Of a stretch of 12,825 nt of DNA, positions 6,399 to 12,825 are shown in pieces. The position numbers and the translations under genes were made by a program. The notes beneath the pieces are model-generated. The model was not told where the DNA came from, ran no database searches, and saw only the letters and a list, made by a program, of their open reading frames with translations. This DNA comes from Candidatus Hydrogenedentota bacterium (GTDB taxonomy: Bacteria; Hydrogenedentota; Hydrogenedentia; Hydrogenedentales; SLHB01). The stretch lies in contig BTVY01000011.1 of NCBI GenBank assembly GCA_045863335.1, positions 125,727-138,551 on the forward strand, in the 5' to 3' direction. Positions within the stretch are counted from its first letter, which is position 1, and every line of letters starts with the position of its first letter.

Positions 6399-7040
6399 AT
6401 GCTCAAGTGTTCCACATCCCTCTGGTCGGCCGACCTCAGCAATCTTGAATCTGAAATCAAACGCGTCGAACCCTACTCCGAACGATTCCACATCGACGTG
6501 GCGGACGGGCATTACACGCCCACCATGCTGTTCTTCCCCGATCAGGTGAAGGCCATGCGGAAACATACGAAGCTCCCCTTCGAAGTCCATCTCATGACGA
6601 CCCACCCTTTGCAGTGGATCGAACCCTTCGCCGAAGCGGGCGCGGACGGATTCATCGTCTATTTGGACAGCGAAGACGACCCGCGTAAGGTCCTGGACGC
6701 GATCAAAGCGTACGACACCTTCGCCGGCATTTCGCTAAGTCTGTCGCAGCCGCTCGACATGCTCGAACCCTATTGGGAGGAACTGGCCATCGTGTGCCTC
6801 CTGGGGACGGAGATTGGCATCAAGGGCGCTGGAATGGATCCCTCGGTGCCGGACCGCATCCGCGCGGCCCGTGCGATCATTCAAGAGCGGGGACTCGCCG
6901 CCGAGGTCGAAGCCGACGGGGGAATCCGGCGGCACACGGTTCCCTTGATCCACGAAGCCGGCGCCGACTATATCGTGCCCGGCTCCCTCATGTTCGGCGA
7001 AGACCCCGCGGCTATGCGCGCGTGGCTCGCGTCACTTTAG
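6399..7040 (+). CDS. Ribulose-phosphate 3-epimerase family protein (RPE/AlsE-like paralog), 213 aa
   Basis: SADL, HIDVADGHY (His31, Asp33), EVHLM (His64), EADGGI (Asp173) and VPGS. GAGGTG precedes ATG 6399. Confidence 0.9.
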   Translation: MLKCSTSLWSADLSNLESEIKRVEPYSERFHIDVADGHYTPTMLFFPDQVKAMRKHTKLPFEVHLMTTHPLQWIEPFAEAGADGFIVYLDSEDDPRKVLDAIKAYDTFAGISLSLSQPLDMLEPYWEELAIVCLLGTEIGIKGAGMDPSVPDRIRAARAIIQERGLAAEVEADGGIRRHTVPLIHEAGADYIVPGSLMFGEDPAAMRAWLASL

Positions 7041-8245
7041 GCCGGTCCCGTCTTTTCCTCGCGAAACCAGAAGTAGAATGCGAGCGTCAGGATCGCGCAG
7101 GCAATCGCGGGGATCATCCAGAACCGCTCATAATCGATCAGCCGCGTTCCCGCAACAGTTAGCGATTGGGCCGTGGCGCCGGCAAGCAAACTTCCCATGA
7201 GGTTGCCAAAACCCGCAATAACGGAATTGAGCAGCAACTGTGCGCTCGCGCGATTGGTGCGGTCGCAGTGGTTGTCCACGTAAATCATGGCGACGATGAA
7301 GAAGCACCCGTACGTCACGCCATGAAGCGCCACGCCGAACACGAGCAGCGCCATGTCTGGCTCGAGCGCGAATACCACAAACCGCAGGGTCTGCGCCACG
7401 AGTCCCACGAGCAACGCGCCTTTCAAACCGGCCCGCGCAATCAAATAACCCAAACCGCCGATCACGAGGATTTCGGAAACCTGGCCGAGGCTGAGCAGCG
7501 GTAGAATCCAGCCGTCGCTGATGCCTTTCTGGCTCACGTAGGGGCTCATCCAGTTCCCGTAGTACATGTTCAGAATCGTGTTCACCAGCGTGATGGCGCA
7601 GAGGATCGCCATGCTGCGTCTACGAAAAACGGTCAAGGCTTTCCAGGGAGACGGCCGTTCACGCGATCGCGTTTGTTCCGCAATCGGCAGCGTCAATGCA
7701 TAGACTCCCATCAGCGTCGACATGGCTGCCGCGACCACGAACATGTGGGGTAGCCGGCTCGACTCAGGGTCCGTCCCGCCTCCACGCAGCCAGGCCAGGC
7801 CAAAAAGGAAACCCACGACGACCCAGCCGATCGTGCCCCACATCCGGACCGGCCCAAAGTCCCGCCGGGCGTCGGCGAGGTGATGAAAGGCAACCGTATT
7901 TGTCATGGCCATTGTGGGTGAGAATACGACCCAGAAGAGCAGGTACGCGACAAGAAACGACCAGAACGTCGTCTGCGCCCAGATGAGGAGCATGGCGCCG
8001 GCTGCGGCAAAGTGCAGCAGCGCCAACACCCGTTCGGCCGGAATCCACCGGTCGGCCACCTGCGCAACCAGGATCGGCGCCACGAACGCGGCGATGGCCG
8101 GCATGGCCAGAATCACGCCGACGCGATAAGGATCGAGCGCCAGGTACCCCTTCAGGTAATGACCCATCATGGGCATGAACACACCCATGCCCATGTATTG
8201 AATGAACATCATCGTCGCAAGACGCGATCGGATGGAGAATGCCAT
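7037..8245 (-). CDS. MFS transporter, nucleoside:H+ symporter-like (NupG/XapB/YegT type), 402 aa
   Basis: About 12 hydrophobic segments, with ADRWIPAERVL, DFGPVRMWGTIGW, LGQVSEIL, LHGVTYGCFF and RASAQ. Start moved from 8809 to ATG 8245 (MAFSIRSRL), 14 nt after the upstream stop. Confidence 0.88.
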   Translation of the reverse strand: MAFSIRSRLATMMFIQYMGMGVFMPMMGHYLKGYLALDPYRVGVILAMPAIAAFVAPILVAQVADRWIPAERVLALLHFAAAGAMLLIWAQTTFWSFLVAYLLFWVVFSPTMAMTNTVAFHHLADARRDFGPVRMWGTIGWVVVGFLFGLAWLRGGGTDPESSRLPHMFVVAAAMSTLMGVYALTLPIAEQTRSRERPSPWKALTVFRRRSMAILCAITLVNTILNMYYGNWMSPYVSQKGISDGWILPLLSLGQVSEILVIGGLGYLIARAGLKGALLVGLVAQTLRFVVFALEPDMALLVFGVALHGVTYGCFFIVAMIYVDNHCDRTNRASAQLLLNSVIAGFGNLMGSLLAGATAQSLTVAGTRLIDYERFWMIPAIACAILTLAFYFWFREEKTGPA

Positions 8246-8259
8246 ACCTGCGCTTTCGT

Positions 8260-9987
8260 TCAGTCGCGGAGCGGCGGTGGAGCGGTCATGGTCAGCGGCG
8301 ATCGCAATCCGGTCTCGTGCAGATCGTACACCAATAGCTTTCGTGCGCGATTCAGATCCAGGTTCTGAACAAACCGGATGTTGTCGATCGTATTGCCGTA
8401 CGACGGAAAGGCCTCCACTTCTAGAAAGATCCGTCCAAAGGAGTGGTCGAATACCCGGTCCGGTTCGGCCCCTGTTGGAAGCGCCACCGCCTCGTCCGGG
8501 TACCGCCGGTCGTACAACTCCTGCCAGTCGCTCACGTACCACCGTGGCGGAACGCGTTCCTCGCCCACGTAGCGGTACAAACTGCCGCCATCCAGACCCT
8601 CCTGCAATAGATACGACTCGAGCGCCGACGACCACGCCGCGCTGGCGCCGGGGCTGTCCGTACCTTTGATGTGGGCGATGCATACCGGATAGGCGGAACG
8701 AATGGCGAGGATCTCCCGCAGATATACCAAACTCGAGGCGAGGCTGATTCCCAGCAAGACCACCACCGTCATCCGGATCGGCGCCCGGTACGAAGTCGGG
8801 TATCGCCAAATGGCAACCACCGCCATCGCCAGCAGCGCCGCGAGGAATGGCAACGCAAACGTGAAGGTCCTCGCGCCCTGCATCGTCTTCAACGAAAAGA
8901 TCAGCACCGGCACGGCAAACGGCGCCATCACGTAGACGAAGGCCCGGTACCGCGCGACGCTATCCCCGCTGGCCCACGTCCCAATCGCAACCAAACCTCC
9001 GCCGGTAAGCAAGACGAGGGCAATCAGCGTCGCGGGGTATCCCTCCAGGACGCCGTGGAAATAGGGAAGAAGCACCAGGCCCGACATATTCACCGGCGCA
9101 CCGCTCTGGCTGACCAGGCGCGGCCAGAGCAGTTCCAGGTAAGTGGCATGAGGGTAGGTCAGGCCCTGGCTCCGGAAGAGCAGTATCCAGGGATACGTGA
9201 CCGCCTCGGCCGCGAGTTGCACCGCCAGAAACCCCGCCGTCATCAGGAGCCCACCAGAAACAAATTGCCTGATACTGCGCAACGGGCCGCCGCCTCTAAG
9301 GGACGCGAGCAATTGAATCGCGGCCAGCGCGGGCAGCGCGCCGGCGATTTGGTAGTTGATCCAGAAGCCGATGCCCGCCAACGCGCCGCTCATGACGAGG
9401 TACCAGCGCATTCCGTTGGCCCCATCCTTCTCTGGCGCGTACGCGATTGTATGCGCCCAGACCGCCAGCACGTAACACAAGGAAGCCGTGGATTGGGGAT
9501 ACGCGTTCCGGGCGTAGTAGACGCTGTACCCTGACACCGCCAGCAGCAGCCCCGCCAGCAGCCCCGTCGGCCAATCGCGAAGCCTCCCCACAAACACAAT
9601 GACGACCGCCACGAGCAAGATGCCCGCAATCGCTTCAATCACGCTGAAGGCGGAAACCCAAGGCCCGGTCCACAGAAGAACCATTCCGGTGAGGTAAGAC
9701 ACCCCGAGTTTCGGGGAGAAGGGATACTGTTGCGCAAGGCGCTCCGCGGCCTCCGGGGCAAAATCCGACAGCAGGAACTCCCCGGAGTCGGTCAGTTCCG
9801 ACCACTTCCCCTCCAGCAGCCGGATGCCATTTTCCAACTCGTTCGCCTTGCTCAGCCCGTCAAGAATGTACCGCCCGCCATCGACTCCGAAGATTCCGGC
9901 ATCGCCCAAGCCTGCCAGCCGAAGACCCGCCGCAACGCAGACAATTGCCAGGAAACAGAGGGCGAATGACATGGACCGGCGATTCAC
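8260..9987 (-). CDS. Polytopic membrane glycosyltransferase, GT-C fold (ArnT/PMT_2-like), about 575 aa
   Basis: First TM ends in LRLAGL, followed by a loop with D-G-G-R-Y. Also GLLAGLLLAVSGYSVYYAR, GALAGIGFWINY, the late motif RTFTFALPFLAALLA and a soluble C-terminal domain. GGAGAGG lies 6 nt before GTG 9987. Confidence 0.72.
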   Translation of the reverse strand: MNRRSMSFALCFLAIVCVAAGLRLAGLGDAGIFGVDGGRYILDGLSKANELENGIRLLEGKWSELTDSGEFLLSDFAPEAAERLAQQYPFSPKLGVSYLTGMVLLWTGPWVSAFSVIEAIAGILLVAVVIVFVGRLRDWPTGLLAGLLLAVSGYSVYYARNAYPQSTASLCYVLAVWAHTIAYAPEKDGANGMRWYLVMSGALAGIGFWINYQIAGALPALAAIQLLASLRGGGPLRSIRQFVSGGLLMTAGFLAVQLAAEAVTYPWILLFRSQGLTYPHATYLELLWPRLVSQSGAPVNMSGLVLLPYFHGVLEGYPATLIALVLLTGGGLVAIGTWASGDSVARYRAFVYVMAPFAVPVLIFSLKTMQGARTFTFALPFLAALLAMAVVAIWRYPTSYRAPIRMTVVVLLGISLASSLVYLREILAIRSAYPVCIAHIKGTDSPGASAAWSSALESYLLQEGLDGGSLYRYVGEERVPPRWYVSDWQELYDRRYPDEAVALPTGAEPDRVFDHSFGRIFLEVEAFPSYGNTIDNIRFVQNLDLNRARKLLVYDLHETGLRSPLTMTAPPPLRD

Positions 9988-10117
9988 GATGATCCTCTCC
10001 GAACAGAATCCCCGCGGCGTTGGGGCGATTGGCGCGGTACGATGAAAACTACCACGGAACCGTACCCCAATCAAGGCGGTTCAAGGACTTGTGGCATATT
10101 CCCGGCTGAAAATCCTA

Positions 10118-10146
10118 TTGCAAGATTTCCAGAAATGTGCTATACT
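10118..10146 (+). promoter_or_regulatory. Strong sigma70-type promoter for the RRM gene
   Basis: TTGCAA (10118-10123), 17-bp spacer, TATACT (10141-10146) with extended -10 TG (10138-10139). Confidence 0.8.
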
Positions 10147-10246
10147 CAAACTGTAAGTCGTTGATGGTCCAGAGTAGGTGTGTAGCGTTGTGTGACCAGT
10201 CGATGTTTTCACTCCCGTCATTCAATCCCCTCGTTTGTTCGTTTTT

Positions 10247-10312
10247 CCTCCGCGAAATCCGTGTGCCCGACTACGGCCGCACTTGGGTTTGGAGGTGGTA
10301 ACTGTGAGGAGG
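10247..10312 (+). promoter_or_regulatory. Leader hairpin plus Shine-Dalgarno
   Basis: CCTCC/GGAGG (10247-10251/10291-10295), AAATCC/GGGTTT, GTGTG/CGCAC, CCG/CGG and loop ACTA. SD GAGGAGG at 10306-10312. Confidence 0.55.
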
Positions 10313-10316
10313 CGCC

Positions 10317-10595
10317 ATGAATATCTACGTCGGTAATCTCTCGTATCAGGCAACCGAGGACGATTTACGGGAGGTTTTCGCCAAGCACGGAGACGTCAAA
10401 TCCGTGAACGTCATCATGGACCGGATGACGGGACAGTCCAGGGGATTCGCCTTCGTCGAAATGGCGACGAAGCAAGGGGGAGACGCGGCCATCGCGGCGC
10501 TGAACGGGTACGAGCTCTGCGGCCGTCCCCTGAAGATCAACGAGGCCCGGCCCCGGGAGGAGCGCCCCCGCCGGGAATACCGCTCGCGCGACTAG
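10317..10595 (+). CDS. Single-RRM RNA-binding protein, 92 aa
   Basis: RNP2 IYVGNL, RNP1 RGFAFVEM, LKINEARPRE and a short Arg-rich tail. Strong SD. Confidence 0.96.
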   Translation: MNIYVGNLSYQATEDDLREVFAKHGDVKSVNVIMDRMTGQSRGFAFVEMATKQGGDAAIAALNGYELCGRPLKINEARPREERPRREYRSRD

Positions 10596-10604
10596 TGACC
10601 TGAG

Positions 10605-10677
10605 CCCCTAAGTCCCTTCTCAAAGGCCCTGAGCGATTCGTTGATCAAAGTCCCCCTTTGAAGGGGGATTTCGGAGG
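10605..10677. repeat. Imperfect ~22-bp inverted repeat pair; the right copy is itself a strong hairpin (REP-like or bidirectional terminator)
   Basis: CCCCTAAGTCCCTTCTCAAAGG (10605-10626) is an imperfect reverse complement of CCTTTGAAGGGGGATTTCGGAGG (10655-10677). Internal hairpin AAGTCCCCCT-TTGA-AGGGGGATTT (10648-10671). Lies between convergent genes. Confidence 0.7.
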
Positions 10678-10767
10678 ATGTTCTCTCAGGTTCCGATAGT
10701 AAATGTAGAGCGAATTCCAGATTCAATCCGCCAGCGCCGATTTACATATCGTTTGACCTGCGTGTCG

Positions 10768-10790
10768 TGGGGCGGGTCCGGCCTGCCCCA
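10768..10790. repeat. GC-rich hairpin abutting the LOG stop codon
   Basis: TGGGGCGGG-TCCGG-CCTGCCCCA, with no U-tract on either strand. Confidence 0.5.
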
Positions 10791-10791
10791 A

Positions 10792-11673
10792 TCACAAATA
10801 CAATCGGACCAGTTCGTCTCGGACATATTCGAAGGCGGAATCTACGTCGTCCGCCACGAAATAAAGGTCGAGATCGGACGGGTTTATCATGCCCCACTTG
10901 ACCAGCGCGTCGAAGTTCACTACCTCTTTCCAGAATTCTTTTCCGTAAAGAACTACCGGCATCTGCTTCGCAGTCTTGTTCGTCTGAATCAGCGCGAGCA
11001 ACTCGAACAACTCGTCGAAGGTCCCAAACCCGCCCGGAAATACCACCAGCGCCTTCGACAGGTACGCGAACCAGAACTTCCGGATGAAGAAATAATGGAA
11101 CTCGAACGAGAGTTCCCGCGTTTGATAAGGATTCGGCTTCTGCTCGAAGGGCAGGCTGATGTTCAGGCCAATGGAATATCCGCCCGCCTGCGCCGCACCA
11201 CGGTTGGCCGCTTCCATGATGCCCGGCCCCCCGCCAGACGAAATGATGAACCGGCGCTTGCGGCCCGGTATTGATTTGGACCACGCCGTCAGTTTCTCGG
11301 CCAACCCCATGGCATCGTCGTAATACCGCGACATATGCCGCGCGTGGCGCGCCCGAGAGTAGGCGTCTTGAAGTTCCTTCGGGGCGGCACGCTTCATGCC
11401 CTTCATCGCTGCTTCGGCGGTCTCAAGTTCCGCCTGCGCCGTGCCGCTGGACACAATCCGGGCGGAACCGAAGAACACAATCGTGTCCTTCACGCGCATT
11501 TTGCGGAACCGGCTTTCCGGCTCCATGAACTCGCACAGCACCCGAATCTCGCGTGCGTCCGGACTCTTTAAGAAGTTGAGATTCTTGTATGCCTTTTCGG
11601 GCCATAGACCTCCGGGCACGCCGGAATTGGTCACTACTCTCGGACGGTTCCCGCTATTCGACTGCTTCCCCAC
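10792..11673 (-). CDS. LOG-family (TIGR00730-like) nucleotide 5'-monophosphate phosphoribohydrolase, long form, 293 aa
   Basis: VFFGSAR, SGGGPGIMEAANRGA, LPFEQKPNPY, FHYFFIRKFWF and the signature PGGFGTFDE. GAGGAGGGAG precedes GTG 11673. Confidence 0.92.
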   Translation of the reverse strand: MGKQSNSGNRPRVVTNSGVPGGLWPEKAYKNLNFLKSPDAREIRVLCEFMEPESRFRKMRVKDTIVFFGSARIVSSGTAQAELETAEAAMKGMKRAAPKELQDAYSRARHARHMSRYYDDAMGLAEKLTAWSKSIPGRKRRFIISSGGGPGIMEAANRGAAQAGGYSIGLNISLPFEQKPNPYQTRELSFEFHYFFIRKFWFAYLSKALVVFPGGFGTFDELFELLALIQTNKTAKQMPVVLYGKEFWKEVVNFDALVKWGMINPSDLDLYFVADDVDSAFEYVRDELVRLYL

Positions 11674-11775
11674 GACTCCCTCCTCGTTGCGGCCTCGGCC
11701 CATATCGCCTGTCGGCGCAGTCCACAGTACCATGAGCCGGGCCGCTCCGGGAAACGGGTGCGGAAGAAAAGGCGA

Positions 11776-12588
11776 TTATCCGCCAAGATGCTTGTTCAGG
11801 AACGCGATGCTTCGTTCCCAAGCCTCCTCGCTGGCCTGCTGGTTGGCCCCATCCTGGCCGCTCTGTTGGCGTAGAAACCCGTGCCCGGCGCCTTCGTAGA
11901 TTTCCTTTTCAAAGGACTTGCCCAATCGATTCAGTTCTTGCTCGGCCTCCTCGATCGTCGAGTTAACGCGCGCATCGTTCTCTCCATACAGGCCCAGCAC
12001 AGGCGCATTCACCTGCGCCAAAGAGGATGTCTCCGGCGAAGTCCCGTAATACACAATCGCCGCATCGAGTTCGGGCTGCGCGGTCGCATACAGGAAGCTG
12101 GTCTTTCCTCCCCAGCAGAACCCCATGACCGCGCAGGTGTCTCCCGCGGCGGGCAGATTCAGGGCGTGGTCGAGCGTGACGTTGAGTCGCTTGATGGCCT
12201 CGGAATCCTCCAACCGGCCGATGGTTTCGCGGGGATTCTCTTCCGCGCCTTCCATGCCGGAGATCAGATCCGGCGCAACGGCAATGTAGCCTTCCGCAGC
12301 GAGCGCGTCCGCCACCGATCGGATCCAATCCGTCATGCCGAAGATCTCGTGAATCACGATCACCACCGGTGCCTTGTCCGCACGCTCCGGATACGACACC
12401 CACGTGCGGAGTTTTACGTCGCTGTCCGGCATGGGGACGAAGACGTACTCCCCGTGCCGCGGTGAAGATTCCACCGCCTGCTTGGCGTCATCGCCCGAAG
12501 GAGGCAAGGCAAACGCCAATGGCGCGGAAACGAAGATCGACGCGATCGCGATACCGAAGAACAACAGCTTGTGAAGCGTGCGGCGCAT
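11776..12588 (-). CDS. Dienelactone hydrolase-family protein with predicted signal peptide, 270 aa
   Basis: IHEIFG, AVAPDL, Cys nucleophile GFCWGG, acid ENDARV and His GAGHGF. N-terminus is basic, then hydrophobic, then AFA. GAGG lies upstream. Confidence 0.92.
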   Translation of the reverse strand: MRRTLHKLLFFGIAIASIFVSAPLAFALPPSGDDAKQAVESSPRHGEYVFVPMPDSDVKLRTWVSYPERADKAPVVIVIHEIFGMTDWIRSVADALAAEGYIAVAPDLISGMEGAEENPRETIGRLEDSEAIKRLNVTLDHALNLPAAGDTCAVMGFCWGGKTSFLYATAQPELDAAIVYYGTSPETSSLAQVNAPVLGLYGENDARVNSTIEEAEQELNRLGKSFEKEIYEGAGHGFLRQQSGQDGANQQASEEAWERSIAFLNKHLGG

Positions 12589-12772
12589 GATGGAATCCTC
12601 CGAAGGGTTGTATTGCTGTGATAGACAAAGGCCTCGGAATGCTGCGGGAACGAATCCGGTGAAAACCTTGCTGCTGCAAAGCCAACAGCGTCCGCGTTCG
12701 GATTAATCCGGCAATGCCTAAGCGGCGGGAACAAAGGGCTTATTAGCCCCGAAAATATTGGCCGAAACCCCC

Positions 12773-12825
12773 TGTCAAAACTTGCTGATAATGTCCTCTT
12801 TTGAACTCATTAGAAATGTCCTCTT
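12773..12825. mobile_element. Probable terminal repeat of an IS1202/ISNCY-type insertion sequence, truncated by the window edge
   Basis: Begins TGTCAA and contains two exact copies of AATGTCCTCTT (12790-12800, 12815-12825; 25-bp period), with a shift to AT-rich sequence. No transposase is visible, so the family call rests on remembered end architecture. Confidence 0.6.

Noticed and set aside
8246-8809. 188-aa N-terminal extension on the MFS (590-aa ORF)
   Set aside because: It overlaps the glycosyltransferase 3' end in another frame and is Arg/Gly-rich shadow sequence. Family similarity starts at MAFSIRSRL (8245).
12645-12682. Cobalamin riboswitch (GGGAA...CCGGTGAAAA)
   Set aside because: It lacks the following TCC, CCC-GC-ACTGT and B12-box elements, and it faces away from the adjacent gene.

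Overview
GC-rich bacterial window; the taxon cannot be assigned from sequence alone. Its core is a tightly coupled five-gene + strand operon (2192-7040): a very divergent RuBisCO-like protein (form IV/RLP, KEDE metal motif), a Gfo/Idh/MocA dehydrogenase, a xylose-isomerase-like TIM-barrel enzyme, an alpha/beta hydrolase and an RPE-family epimerase, with a divergently transcribed HAD phosphatase. It looks like an unassigned sugar or sugar-acid pathway, and four of the five enzymes carry non-canonical active-site residues. To the left are the 3' end of a histone H1-like Lys/Ala repeat protein, a ~180-nt structured non-coding segment ending in a T-tract, and an ispA-type prenyltransferase. To the right are a GT-C membrane glycosyltransferase plus nucleoside-symporter-like MFS, an RRM RNA-binding protein with a strong promoter and long structured leader, REP-like palindromes, a LOG-family protein and a secreted dienelactone hydrolase. 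The last 53 bp look like an IS1202/ISNCY-type insertion sequence end. All alignments and RNA folds were done by eye; no searches were run.
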